This document shows positions 37,834 through 52,242 of a stretch of DNA of 64,000 nucleotides, piece after piece. The notes under the pieces are model-generated. The model was not told the DNA's origin, ran no database searches, and was given only the letters and a program-made list of their open reading frames with translations. The first letter of the stretch is position 1, and the number at the start of each line of letters is the position of its first letter. Position numbers and translations under genes: made by a program. The DNA lies in the NCBI RefSeq assembly GCF_006345805.1, contig NC_043002.1:77810001-77874000 (forward strand). The letters are read 5' to 3'. Origin of the DNA: Octopus sinensis (lineage: Eukaryota).

Positions 37834-38514
37834 CTTTTTTTTTTATTATTAGGGATAGCCTAAACTTATAACAACGTAAGACTACTAAATTTAGGCCAAG
37901 AAAAATATTAAAGGGGGAAAATTATAGTAATTCATCATTGCTAATTTTCTTTATTAGATCTCAGTTTTTATTCTACATGAATAAAAGCATATATATATAT
38001 ATACATATATATATAAATACGCACACATATACCCCGATCTGGTGTTCTTTTGAGGCTCTAAAAGAAAGTTCTTTGTGCCTTATTCTGTTTCCATTTAAAT
38101 GAAATGGCTAAAGTGTATTGTTTATCTTAATCATAATGCTACTATTAGAAGTAATGCTAACAATAAGGTGCTTTAGGAGATGGCTTTTAACTAGTCTGTA
38201 TTGAGATTATCTGCGATCATATTTATTCTTAACATACACACACACACACACCATCGTGGTTGTCTTAGTTTATAATTTCTATGAACTTACACACCCCTTC
38301 TTCACGGTTGGTAATTAGATACGTGGGTGAAAGTGTGTCTGTGTCTGTGTAATGTGTTGGTTTAGTCATATCCACGTTTGTCTCAGACAATCAGACTGCA
38401 GAAATCACATATGTGTATCGGTGTAGGTATATATAAATATACATGTATATATTTATAATGTGTAACTACGTGCGAGTTTACAAACAAGAGGTAAAAGTAC
38501 GAAATATGTAAGAA

Positions 38515-38546
<32 letters not shown>

Positions 38547-39499
38547 ATTTGTTACTACCCGAAGTTTTAAGATTAGTGAAACTCGGAGTATAGGGAGTGT
38601 GCACGTAATATATACATACAGAGGAAGCAGGTGTGTATGTGTGGAGCTGTACACACTAGTACTTTCTTTAATTGTGATTAAAATGAAAATTCTAATTATC
38701 TTTTATATAGTTTATCATTCATGTTTTATATCGTCTTAGGAGTTCAGATAGATTTATTGTTTTATATATATGTGTGTGTGTGTGTGTGTGTATTCTCTAA
38801 ACAAGAATTTAGAATTTCTTCGGTTGTTTTTAATGTTTTCCGGCTAAAAACAATAATGCAAATGTATATGTGTGTATACAGTATCGGTGATTTTCTTTTG
38901 AAGTAGACAGATCAACATCTAAGATCGAGCTTCGAGGGAGCCTCTGCAGAGTCGCTCGATTTGCTAAATGCAGCTGCCAAATATCCCTCAAAGTCCATCT
39001 TACCGCCTTAAAAAGGAACGTTAAAGCATTGCAGTCCCTGGTGTATACAAAAAAAATTTTTTTTTTAATGGAATGGTCATGGGTGGGAAGCCTTTGCTTA
39101 TAGGTTTATCTGTTCGATCAGAGTTCAGTTGGGGGCCAAGCAACAGCAAATAGATCAAGGAATAAGATTTGCCAGACCAACAAACAACAAATATTAACTA
39201 AACAATATTAATGATCCTTCTAAATTAACCGCAATTAGTAGTACATGTTCAATCAATAAACTACTTTAAAACTAACTCTCTCTTTCTGTCTGTCTCTCTC
39301 TTTCCTCTTCAGAGTTCTTAAATTTGACTTGTTACATTATATGCAACTCTTCCCTACATTTAAGGGTTCTCTCTAGCTTGTTATTACTGCTGTCTCTTCT
39401 ACCATTATGTCTCTGACAAACTGCTAGATTACGATGGTAGCCTTTTGTTTCGTTGGTTTGAAAGTTATATATTATATATAAATATACATGTGTATATTA

Positions 39500-39646
39500 T
39501 ATATATACATATATATACATACACACACACAAACATACGATGTGTGTGCATAAATATATACATATATTACATTTACGTGTTTACACTATGTATATTTACG
39601 TGATTATACTCTCTATATATTTACGTGTTTAAACTGTATATATGTG

Positions 39647-39677
<31 letters not shown>

Positions 39678-39695
39678 TTAAACTGTATATATGTG

Positions 39696-39730
<35 letters not shown>

Positions 39731-40111
39731 TTAAACTATATACATATATGTATATTATATATTTGTGTTTACACTGTATATATATTATATATTTGTTTAT
39801 GCTGTATATGCATTATATATATTTACGTGTGTATACTGTATATATTTAATAGAGGCAAATTATTTAATCTCATATGAACATGTGTTAGAAAGAATATTCT
39901 CTTTTAAATAACCTATTACATATGTAGTTATTTCAAGACGCATGCACGCCTGCAGTTGTGTGTGTATATATATATATATATATACATATATATACACACG
40001 CACAAACATACGATGTTTGTGCATAAATATATACATATATTACATTTACGTGTTTACACTATGTATATTTACGTGATTATACTCTCTATATATTTACGTG
40101 TTTAAACTGTA

Positions 40112-40152
<41 letters not shown>

Positions 40153-40432
40153 TTAAACTGTATATATGTGTATATATATGTGTGTGTGTGTGTGTTTAAA
40201 CTATATACATATATGTATATTATATATTTGTGTTTACACTGTATATATATTATATATTTGTTTATGCTGTATATGCATTATATATATTTACGTGTGTATA
40301 CTGTATATATTTAATAGAGGCAAATTATTTAGTCTCATATGAACATGTGTTAGAAAGAATATTCTCTTTTAAATAACCTATTACATATGTAGTTATTTCA
40401 AGACGCATGCACGCCTGCAGTTGTGTGTGTAT
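39500..40432 (+). repeat. Near-identical tandem duplication of a ~470-bp microsatellite-rich unit
   Basis: aaacatacgatg at 39531 and 40004; aatagaggcaaatt...gcacgcctgcagttgtg present in both copies. Confidence 0.92.
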
Positions 40433-40654
40433 ATTATATATAATATATATACACACACATATATATGCTCACACATTACGTGGATATATATACGTCTTAT
40501 CACCTAAAACCAACCTTTCACTTATGGTTTATATTTTGTTTGTCTAATGGGCATGTCCGCTATTTCGCCTATTCATTATTCTTTAAATATAGTTTGCAAA
40601 ATACTTTGTAAAATAATAACTGTGATTTATCTAGTCACTGCTTTAGTCTCACTT

Positions 40655-40687
<33 letters not shown>

Positions 40688-42567
40688 CCGCCGTGTTTTT
40701 ATAGACAATGTGAACATTATAAACACTCGTGTTTTGTTTGGCGTTGCCGTGTACTTTCTCACCTTTTACTATCTGTTTATTCCTCAAAAGACATGACTGC
40801 ATTCACACACGCTCACACCCATCCATACACACGTCAGTAGTCAACCAGTCTGATCAGTCTTGGCTATTATTATATTAGAAGTCGATTTATCTTGCAGTCG
40901 TTGCTGCTTGGCCTCCAGGTCAGCTGTAATATGACTGGACCTGTGATCAAAAGCCTTTTTGGCCATGACCATCTTGCCTTGTTTTCAAACGTAGTATGGA
41001 GATAGCTAGGACTACATTTCCTAGTACATGTGTTCAGGTTTCTTAAAACTGTCTGCGGATAATTTTGAGAGAGATTTAGCTGTTGTTTTCTGTATGTCGA
41101 TTGATCAAATTCATTTATACATCTATGTATGTATTTATATCTACATAAACGCATCTGCTTGTAGCTACGAGGGTACATGATGAAATTGGCATGCTAGAAA
41201 TAGCAGCAAAATTCCCCTCGAATTATGCTCCACCGTTTTGGAGAAGTAAAGGAAAGTAGTCCTCCACGTACCCATAAAAAGACAAGATGATCTCGGCCGG
41301 AATGTTTTTGATCTGCTCGTCAGGGCTAAACTATGACGCGTCCAGTCACCTTTATTCTTTACAATTCACACATAGCTCGGTGACTTTATAACTTCCCCCA
41401 CATACCTACTTCTTCTTTCTATCCATTTTCTCCCACTCACTTTCTGTCCATTTTAGCTAACTACTTGGTGCATTGCATTGATCTTTGTTTACTATGATGT
41501 ATTTTCATTGTGCTGATCGACAGCTGTAAAACTCAACTCAACTCAACACTTCCTTCCCAGCTCGCCATTCAAAGACGGGGATTGGCTACTACTACCACGC
41601 ACCCACCGTACATTCACGCAGGCTTTAAATAAATGTGTGGGTTTTTCTTAACTCTTGTTTATGTTCTCTTTTGGCAGGGGTTTATATATTTTTTTATTAC
41701 GACACTAATTTCCATTTCATTTATAATTACAACTTCAGATTTGTTAAAGTTTTAAAATTGCTCGCAAAACTTTTTTGCTACGTTAATTATATTGTATGTA
41801 TTACATGTTGAACATGTAATATACTTATTTCAACGTTATACCATCTTTCCACCTACATTAGTAAGAAGCTACATTTTATTCTTTTTTTCTTTCTTTTTAA
41901 CCTTTTGATGTTTATACAGTCTCTTACTGTCGTGGCAACAGATTTTTGCGAGAGGGAGGTTGTGGTGTACGCTCATTTTTCAAGGATTTAATTGGAGCGA
42001 AATAGCTCTGAATTTTCTTTAAATCTGTAACGTTCGTTCATCACCACCTTTTCTTGTTATTTAGCTCGAGATCAACACTCATAGAATAGAACAGTTATAG
42101 TTCTATATTATTTTCCAGGCATTCCAGCTTGCAATACTATCTATTTAATCCAATCGAGCCTTGAAAGATATGGTTGCTATTTCTAGCACAGAAAGCCACT
42201 AAACGTATGCTTCCTCGTTAACTCAACATTTCAACGTTTTCTCGATGTTTTGGTTGGCTCAATTCCATTTTTATTGTGGTTGGGGTTATTTTCAGTTGAC
42301 TTCATTCTCGTATGTTTGTTGATAATTATTTCATGAGCCTCATAAGTTCGAAATGCAAAGCTCCACGCTGAGCAGAATATTTTGAGGACAGTGCCCCGCA
42401 CGTCCACAACATACTGGTTAGAATCGGTAAAAGAACCCACAACTTTTAAAACAGAAAACTATCAGATCAAATGTTATTTAGCGTTTTCTCTTCCCTCGCC
42501 AATTCTAATGCTGCTAAAAGTATAAAATATTTTTCTTTTTCAAAAGTAGTGTGTGTGTGTGTGTGTC

Positions 42568-42810
42568 CACAGATATGGCTGTGTGGTTAAGAAGCATGTC
42601 CTGAAATTGCGCGGTTTCGCGTTCAGTTCAACTGCATGGCACCTTGGATAAGCGTCTTCTTATTACAGACTGGCCGATGCTTTGTGAGTGAATTTGGTAG
42701 ACGGAAACTGTGTGAAAGCCCATCGTATATATGTTGTGTCTTTGTATCTGTTTCAGCAAAAATGAACCAATAGGATAAGTGCCAGACTTTAAAAAATAAG
42801 GACTAAGGTG
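42568..42810 (+). mobile_element. SINE family A, degenerate and shortened
   Basis: atggctgtgtggttaagaag...caccttggataagcgtcttc...gtgagtgaatttggtagacggaaactg. Confidence 0.75.
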
Positions 42811-42820
42811 AACTTGTGTA

Positions 42821-42864
<44 letters not shown>

Positions 42865-43384
42865 AATTAACAAAGTGCTTAATTCCCATAATGTGCTTTA
42901 AGAAAGTGTTTATAGATGCATCAAGTCAACAGGTTTCTTCTTTTAATTCTGAACTTATTGTATATTCAGAAAGGAAAGAACTGCAGCTAGTTTGCAGTTC
43001 ATCTTAGTTGTATAAATTTACTCAGTCTCAACCTGTTGGCTCTTAGAATCATTCAACTAGCAACTCGTAGATTCAATAACATGTTCTGTTATTTTTATTT
43101 TACTCCCTCTTCCTGTATAACCTTTGTAAATTAGAGGCACAAACAAGCATCGTTCTAATTGGAAATAAACTCGAAATTTCCAAATTTTTTACTTGGGTTT
43201 TAGGACTCTTCATTTTGGACATATTGCATGCTTGGATTTTGAATTTGGATTACTCGTATTCAGTTCACTACAGGACGAGGGCCTTAGCATGTTTTGTCCA
43301 TCAGAGAATGGCTTTTCTGAGCCTACTCAGTCACTCTGATTGATGGCTTGGCAGAGAGATGCAGTTTTTCTTTTCTTTTTTTTA

Positions 43385-43562
43385 ACTCATACTAGAAGTA
43401 TTTAAGTCGATTATATCGACCCCAGTGTTAATTGGTACTTATTTTATCGACACCGAAATGATGAAATGCGAAGTCGCCTTCGGCGGAATTTCAACTCAGA
43501 ACCTAAAGACGAACGAAGCATTTAGCCCAGCTTGATAACGATTCTGCAAGCTCGCCGCCTTA
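43385..43562 (-). mobile_element. SINE family B, CpG retained
   Basis: Reverse complement of family B: aagtcgattatatcgaccccagtg...gattctgcaagctcgccgcc. Confidence 0.82.
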
Positions 43563-44455
43563 TCGCATGCTTATATATTCTTAAATTGTGGTATACACTC
43601 TTAGAATATTTGATTGGTGATCATTTAACTTTGAGCCCAGCTGCACGTTACTTAGTTGATAACTACAAACAACTTCCAGGCTAAAGAAACTTTTAAGAAA
43701 TAATTCAATCGTTCACCTCTTCAGTAGTTTTATTTCGAAATCATATGGTCTCCTATTTTGTTTATATTTTACTATAACTACTAAATGGTATTTTCTTCTA
43801 TCTGTCCTCTCTACATATAATGACTACATTTAGAGTCTTCTACAATTTTTAAGGCATGTCAACAACTAAATAGGAGGTAGAAGTTGTACTGTCTGGCAGG
43901 TTTCCGGAGTCTGTCCTCTACCCTTCACATGCATATACATACACTAGGAGCAACTATTAATAATTCTTAAACACATCTACTCACATTATTATTATTATTA
44001 TTATTAAGGCTTCACACATACAAATAGATCACTGAAATACTTAAAGCTACTAATTTAAGAATTAACAAATCAGATATTCAAGACCTCCAGTTCTTGATAT
44101 TTAAAATTAAGCATCAACTGTCTTCGTTCTCCCTCTACCGCCTACTCAACAGGATTAATTAATGACTAAAGTAAAAAAACTGCCCTTTTCCTTAAACAGT
44201 ATCACACAGAAGCCACTAAAATGTTTAGTATGACTAGACCTTCAAATTCCTCCCTCTGTCCTTACACAAATGTTAGTGTAAATAATTATTCCCTGGATAT
44301 TCAATGAATATTCATCTACTCTTCCACCATAACCATCAATCAAGAACTACTGGGGTTTATTGTAAAACAAATAAACCATATCTATAACATATGTATTATT
44401 TTTGTATGTATATATGTCTCTGTTTCTATGAATATACATAAACTATACACATGTA

Positions 44456-44519
<64 letters not shown>

Positions 44520-46118
44520 GTGCCTGCATATACATTAACCGATGATGACACTTACATACACAATTTTGTGTGTGTGTGTGTTTGTATAAAACTGTGCACT
44601 CATTGCTTTTAAACTGTACTACTATCTGAAAGTACAGATATGTAGCTCAGTAAAATACTTTCCATCTAATTTAATAATTTTCCTGAAGGAAAATGTTATT
44701 CTTATGTTCAAAACCTTTTATTTCTCTAAACAAAATAAATTCCTTTGGTTCTGAAAATGTGAATGTCATTCTTTTGTCTGTGTTGTAATTTTCATCCGTG
44801 TACATTGATGTTGTTGACTGCACTGTCATGAGCTTTTAAAAATTCACATTGAAGTTATTTTTAATCTCCAAATCACCTGCTTCAATGTTTCATATCCATC
44901 AAAAGATTGAATTCAAGTCACTGCAGCTGTCTGAATTTAAGGGATTAACATTTTAGAAAGATGGCAGTGTGTGAGTAGTATTTTAAAGATTCAATAGCAA
45001 AAGTCAACTTTTATATTTATTTTGTTTTGCTATTGTAATTATGACAATGTTGACATACACATTATAATGATGATTGTGGTTGTTTTAATATGGATTGCAG
45101 AGATCTATATCATTTCCTCATTTAAGCCCAATATTCTGAAGAGTAAATCTAACTGCTTTAATTCTCCTGCAAGGTGTTGTGACTAATTCATAATATTTCT
45201 TACCCTGCATGCCTCAAATTAACCTGTGCCATCCACATGCCACTACATAGTAAGCATTTATCTTCTGTAAGTCAGCTAATACCTACTGGGGCTAAACTGC
45301 AAGTGAGACCATGTGGATAAGACACGGTTCTGGTTTCAATCCTGGTGTGCAACATTCTGCTATAACCTTGGGTTGACCAGTACCTGGTCAGATAAGAAAG
45401 AGTGAGTGAATGTACATGCCTTGACAAAATTTTTTTTAAAATACCAGTAGCAAGAAAACCAATATACCAGTACTTTCAAGCAAAAATACCTTGTGGTATT
45501 TGTCCACAAGTTGCATAAGCACACACCAGTAACTCTTAACTGTAATTAATCAGTGAGTGAGCCATTTGTAAACTGTAACCAAATGACACTATTATTCACT
45601 GAATGCAATGTAAAAAAGTAAATAACTTCTCTCCCAAGTTAACAAGGCTCGTCCGGCAAAGCAATTGTAGGTTCCCTACCTTCACTGGCGATATTCTAAC
45701 ACTATACAACACCACACTTCTTATACTTGTCTTTTAGTTTGCCTTTATGAGAATTCTGATGCAATTCTTTGCCCTAGACTTCTGTGTACTTCAAGCCTTA
45801 GCCACCACACTTTCCTTACTTCTACTTCCTGTGCTACTTGTCCATATTTCACTAGTAGAACTTATCCACTAAGTCATCTGAGCTACCTAAGGGCTTAAAT
45901 TAGCTACCCCATCACATCAAGTACATCCACAATTATTGTAAAGCTTTAAGTATAAAATGTACTCTCACCCCCACCCCCCCAACCTCCACTAAAATCACAG
46001 TTAAGATAAGAAGTACATTTAATACATGATCTGCAAGCACCTCCTACCAACTTTTTATTAAGAAAAGGACAATGTAATAAAGCTTTATAGTTTTATATCA
46101 CTATATATATATATTATT

Positions 46119-46427
46119 AATAGTATTTTATAAGCGATCACTGCACAATGACTAAAGAAAATAATCTAATAATGGGACATATAAGCCCTTGACGGAAAAA
46201 AGTAGGTTTTTCCCGTACACATGGGACTCGAACCCACACCTCTTTGTTTTCCTGACAAGAATGCTACCATTACGCTAGTGCACAACAAAGAGGTGTGGAT
46301 TCAAGTCCCACACGTATGGGAAAACCTACTTTTTTCCATCAAGGGCTTATATGCCCCATTATTAGACTATTTTCTTTAGTCATTGCATGGTAATCGCTTA
46401 TAAGCTTTAAGCTTATAAAATACTATT
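46119..46427. mobile_element. Fold-back element with ~125-bp inverted arms around a tRNA-like head
   Basis: 46128-46250 is the reverse complement of ~46285-46403 with scattered mismatches; the outer aatagtattttataagc/gcttataaaatactatt also pair. Confidence 0.85.
46214..46284 (-). pseudogene. tRNA-like cloverleaf (SINE head or tRNA pseudogene)
   Basis: TGTGCAC/GTGTACG acceptor stem, A-box TAGCGTAATGGT, TTGT-CAGGAAA-ACAA anticodon-like arm (A instead of U33), GTGGG-TTCGAGT-CCCAT T arm. Confidence 0.6.
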
Positions 46428-49400
46428 ATTATTATTATTATTATTTACAGAATTGTAAAAATTGACACTGCTTAACAAAAACTGTGTGTGTGTCAACAAA
46501 ATGAAATATTAAAAAATATATTAAATTTAAAGTAGATTATCTGTTCTTGCAGCAGTTGTGTGTTCTGAGATTTCTAAGACAATTCAGGCTCAAAAGTCAA
46601 GAGATATATTATTTTACGTGAACTTTTATGGTATACTTTCTAATCAGTCTGTCTATGATTCCACTGTCCTTTTTTTCATATACTTACAATTTCCTCCCAC
46701 ATTAACTGAATCCATACCTCTTATTTTCCTGAGTATTCTTGAAGACAGTTTCTTTAATGCTAATGGAATTTTGTAGCTGTTGATTAGGAGTTTAGTTTTA
46801 ATTTTGTTGATCTGTTTAAATGTCTTTATTAGACAATTCTTCCAAGTGTTGGATGTTATTTTTAGTTGAATTGAATCTCCAATGAAAATCCAAGTGGTCA
46901 TTGTTCTCTAGGAGTTCAACAATCTAGTCCTGGTGGAATGCAGGACTAACAGAAAGAAAATGACAGGGTAGATTTCTTTACCCATGCCCTCATGTGCCCA
47001 CTTTCAATTTCATTGTAAGCACATCAGTCTTGATAAGTCATTGGCTCGGAAATTCTTGTCAAGTGAGGTAAAAGGAATAACTCTAAAATTAAAACTTAAT
47101 GGAGATGCAGTGATAATTACAGTAAGAACTCTGGGCATATTTTGGTCTTATTAGCATACATGAATAACTGTGGGAGGATATCGTTTTTGTGTGAAAATTA
47201 TTTCCTGTCATATATTAGCCAAAAACCTTTTACTGTTATCCTAGTAGAAATATGTCTGTGATATGATATCATATCTCCGTGTACATCCTATCCAATCAAA
47301 CCAATAATTTTGCTTTGACTCTTTGTACTGCTTTCAAAACTTAATCCATTAGCTCAAAACCCCATTTATAACATCCCTCTGACTTTCCCTCCTTCTCCCC
47401 ATCCTTTTGTTATAGTTTACAATAATATTGCTAAATTACAACATATAAACTATCTCCTTGTACATGAGCCAACAAGAGAACTTCTACTTGGTCACTCAAC
47501 CTGTTAGAAAAAGCATTCAAATCTTCCTCAAATCATGCCCTGTTGTCATGAAAAATGAGGAACATATTGAACATTCCTAGAATGGTATAGTCACCTCTGA
47601 AATGCTTTTAGTTTTACATCTGCTCAATCAGAGCTGACTTAGATTACAATAATAACTCTTTACACAAGCCCCTTTATCAAAGTAAATGATAGAATTCCTC
47701 TACTTCCAGAAAATCAGTGATTAAGCAGGATACCCTCAATTTGATTTTAATACTATTATGTCTAATTAATTAGTTGATTTTTAATTAGGATTTTAGTTTT
47801 TTTTTTATCTTGTGTGAGAGGAAGTAGTTAGATCAAATATCAAGAGCTATATTTTAGCAGAGCATTATAAGAATTATGCTGGGAATATATATTTGATGGG
47901 ATTTTGCTTAGCTATTTCAAAAGTGCTTTAAAAGGTTATAATATTTTTACAAATGAAATTACATGCCTCAAGTCATTTAGTGCCTTTGGTTGTCAAAGAC
48001 CAATTCACATTGAAAATGAATATTCTATAGTTTCAACTTCCTTGATGTGTGCATGCATAAAGGAAAGGCAAAATCTGCTGAACGTTACAAGTGGATTTCA
48101 AACCTGTGACCTTGGATCCTTTCCATTAGTGCTTATTGCTTATAATTGTTCATTTACATGAAAGCACTTTGCCTGAAGCTTAGTTTCTGTTTGAAGCCCA
48201 GGTTCCACCAGTTATTCATCGTAGTAATATCTCTGAGAGAAGTAGGAAGAGAAGCAGCAGTTGAGCAGTAGAAATAAACCTAGCAGTGAGATTGAAAGCC
48301 AAGTATAAATTATCAAAGATGGCAGAACATGTGAACATGAAAATAATAAATGTGTAAACTTGGTGTTGGGTGGGGTGGGGTGGGTGAGGGATTTAAAGTA
48401 TTATTTGAAAGTGTATGTATATGTGTGTGTGTGTATGTGTATGTATGTATGTATGTGTTTGTGTATCCAAAACCTTTCAATATGATTGATATAGGACCCA
48501 ACAGACATCTAATGTCTAATAAAATTAGATGTGAATGAATGATTACAAGGTCTGTGAGATTCATCTGTGAGGTTATTTAACAAATAAAGTAGATAAATTT
48601 CTCCAATGAGGATTTAGAATGTATAGACTAATACTTCATTTTTGTCTTTTCACTCCAAATGCTTCTTTTACAACTGAATTCACTACTGCATGGTAGATGT
48701 TCTCACTTGGTACTGGACTGAGAAAAGTCTGAAACCTGGTAGATAAATAGTTGATTCGAATAAATGGCTGGAATTGTTTTAGTGATCAAAACTATGTAGA
48801 GAAGAAATCAACAGGTTCTGAAAAGAAGCAGTAACCTTTCAGGTTGGTTAACTTATAACAATTACTTGTGGCATTGTAAGCTCTTGCAGAGACAATCTAC
48901 ATCTGAAGTCATTTTGTCTGTAGTAATAAATAGCTCAGTAAAAGTAATAAATTCTTTTTTTACTTGACCTCATTTCTCTTAGCAATTGATTATCTGGATA
49001 TCCTAGGTTCTGTAGTCTTCAGTGAAGTGGTTCTTAAACTTGGAAGTTTCAGGATTCCACTAAGGGAATTATATTTAGGTTGAAAAATTCATTATCAATA
49101 TCCACACATTTTTCTTCCCCCCCCTACTAAATTAAATTTTCCTTTAATGCATGGCTGTTACTGTTATGAAGGGGGGAAAAGAAATCAGAATGGTACGTAA
49201 AGGAATTAAGAAACACTGCTGTAGGAGTATTAGGGAAAGTTATTATTGTTGTTCAGTCCTGATTAAGTACACCTATTACCAAGGGCTTTTCAATCATGGG
49301 TTTTGTTTTGTTTTTTTTGTCCAACAAGCCTTTGATATTTAAACAGCATAGCTTTGGCTGCTATTTCTAGACTGTCAAGTGACTGCATTGAAGATTCTTC

Positions 49401-51951
49401 ATTTGCTCAAAATATAGAGTTGCTTTTATTGTAGCTGTTCTCTCTCCTTTATCTCTTTCGTTACCTCTTCCCTCTACTGCTAACAACCCAGAAATATTGT
49501 GTACCATGCTGATGTGAGTGAGATTGTGTAGAAACAAAGGTTGAGGATCTTCAAAAGCTCTATAGAGAACACGTTAGACATGTACAATATACCTACTATA
49601 AGAGATAGACTGACTGAATCTGTGTCAAGAAAGTGCTTAATAATTAAACTTCAAATGTGAGGCAAAAATAAATCTTGGGTGTTTATGATTAGAGGAATTG
49701 GTAGAGACTTAGAAAATCTTGGAATGATGTGGTCCAGACTAAAGTAAAATAGAATTCCAGAATTTGTGATAAGAAATAACTAAGAAGGGAGTCAGTCATT
49801 AAGAAAAATGCTGTTCTGCATAACTTATAAACTCATGATAGCATAATTGTCATAAGTAAAATTTTGTAGCCTCTCAACAACAACAAAACAAACAAATATA
49901 AAAAAAAAAGCTAATGGAATGTGTAGACTCCTTGTACTGATACATTCAGTTGCTAAAGAGCTCTCTTAATGAAGCATTTTAATCTCAACAAAAGCTATAA
50001 TACCTCTTTCTACTGAATACTACTAATTTAAAGATTGGCTTAATCTGTGCTTGACTACTAATCAGTCAAAACTTTAGTTGTTAGATGAAAGGTCATTAGT
50101 AAATGATCAGCTTGTATTTTGCTTTGTACATGTGTGTGTGTATCTGTGTGTGAATATATGCATGTATGTGTGTGTATATTATGATACTTTATGGTAATTA
50201 TATATATATTTTTTGCCTGCCTGATGTTTTTTCTCTTTAATATCCATATATTTGTTTTACACAAGAAAATGGTATTTTATCGCTAATAGGACATAATTTA
50301 TTTGCTTTAATGTAGTGATAATTGTTTGCCATTTCATTCCCAAACTATTATGTATTTGTTTTTTAAATTGTCATCGTCATAGTTTTTGATGTCTCTATTA
50401 CTATGGTGCTGCATGGGTTGGATAAAGGGTATATATAAAATATATGTAAATATTTTAGTGGTGCCATAGAACTTGGTGAACAAGTGTCACATAAAGTGTG
50501 ATGAAAAATTGATAGCACTAACTTGCTGAAATAATAAACTAATAGTTATTTTGTTGACAAATGTGACTCTATCAAAGCGTAGTTTCAAAACAATAATAAT
50601 TAAAAAAATAATAATGATAATTTTGTATATTTTTATATTAATTTACATTTTGGAAAATGATAGTTTATTTTGTTGATAACAGAATTATATATGGTTATAG
50701 TGAAAATATCTTATTTCACAAGACAAGATTTTTTGCTTTCATTTCATAATGAGCCAACAAGGGAGCCCCTTTGTGGTCATGCTAGTTCTACTTATAGTCA
50801 AGTCTCCCACAAATCATTCTCTAACTTGTTAAAAAAAAAAAAGAAGACATTTTTGGGAATCTAGTCATTAGTACCCAAAATGGAAGCAAGATTATCATAA
50901 CTATTATATAGTTACTTGAAGTGACTCACAGTAACTTTCTGGTGCCTTCAAGAAGAGAAACAAAGCTACCTCTCAGATTTGAATGAAGAAATGCAGGTCA
51001 TGGAATTAGAAAGCATAAAGTATCTAGTCTGACATTACTAACACTTGTAATAAGTTCTTTGCTTTTGCAACATTTAGAATCATCATTATTAATTTAATAT
51101 CTGTTTTCTATGCTGGCATAAATCAGTCAGGATCCAATGAGCTGCAAGGCTGCATCAATCTCCATTGTCATTTTGATGTGGTTTCTACAGCTGGGTGCCC
51201 TTCCTAATGCCAATTATTTTATAGTGAGTGTGTACTGGATGTTTTTTCATGTCACTGTCACTAGCCGTCATGTAATTTGCAAGAATGAAAAAGGCTCCCA
51301 TTGACTAAGTAAGTGGGTGGGTGGCTTTATGGCAGTTGTTGAGAGATTAGAATATCCATAATAAAGTTATTGTAGCTTATTGTAATGAGTGGCAGTAAAC
51401 GCTATTGTTGTTCCAATGTCAATGCCAAGTACATAAAATACTTCTTGTTCCAGTTGAGCAAATATCAATTTACATGAAATGGAAAGCAAATTTTGAAAGG
51501 ATTTACGGTGAATCTGAACACAAAATTTTCTTTGCTACAATTGAATAAATGAAATAATGTGTTTGTTCTTTGGGTATGAATCCATTTTTGTGAAATACCT
51601 AGAATTACAAATGACTGCCAGTCTGGCTTTGCAGAGATAATCAACCATTGGCAGGAATGAAAATTTGTGAAATTTGCCAGAAATTTTTTTTTTTTTATCA
51701 TTAACTTTTAATCTAAAGGTGATGGATTGACACAATCATTAGAGTCTCAGACAAACTATTTTGCAGTATGTAGTTATAGCATTCTATATTTGGTGTTCGT
51801 GTCCCACCAAAGTCAACTTTGTCTTTCAACCTTTCAGTATTGGTAATGTAAATTATCTGTCAAATACTGGGATTGATGAAATCAACTGTTCCCCATCCTC
51901 TAAAATTTATAGCCTTGCACTTATTTTAAAAATCATTAAACTATTAACTAA

Positions 51952-52166
51952 AGGCTATTTTCCCAGCATAATATAGCTGTCCTGGAAGGGGCAATTGTTA
52001 CTGTTGTTAGCTCCCAGGAAACATCGTTTCCAACTGGCTATATGGCACAATATCTGTGTCGTTATATTTTCGAACTGGACACAGATATTGTGTTTGTATA
52101 GCCACCTGGAAACGATGTAACAGTCATCCCTTCCAGGACAGCCATATTATGTTGGCAAATAAGCCT
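51952..52166. mobile_element. ~215-bp fold-back / MITE-like palindrome
   Basis: aggctattttcccagcataatatagctgtcctggaaggg pairs with cccttccaggacagccatattatgttggcaaataagcct; inner arms gcacaatatctgtgtc/gacacagatattgtg close a 17-nt loop. Confidence 0.82.
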
Positions 52167-52242
52167 GTTACTGAATATCTCTGAGAGATTTAGAAATAAT
52201 AATGTTTCCATTATACTTTCCTCTTTTAATTATGGTATCTAG

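Noticed and set aside
40900-40920. 21-nt phase-1 exon candidate (VVAAWPP)
   Set aside because: Lies within a common dispersed repeat motif (gttg..tggcc.caggtcagc) found at many places in the window.
44957-44970. 14-nt segment between ttttag and gtgagt
   Set aside because: Too short to evaluate, with a short pyrimidine tract; expected by chance.
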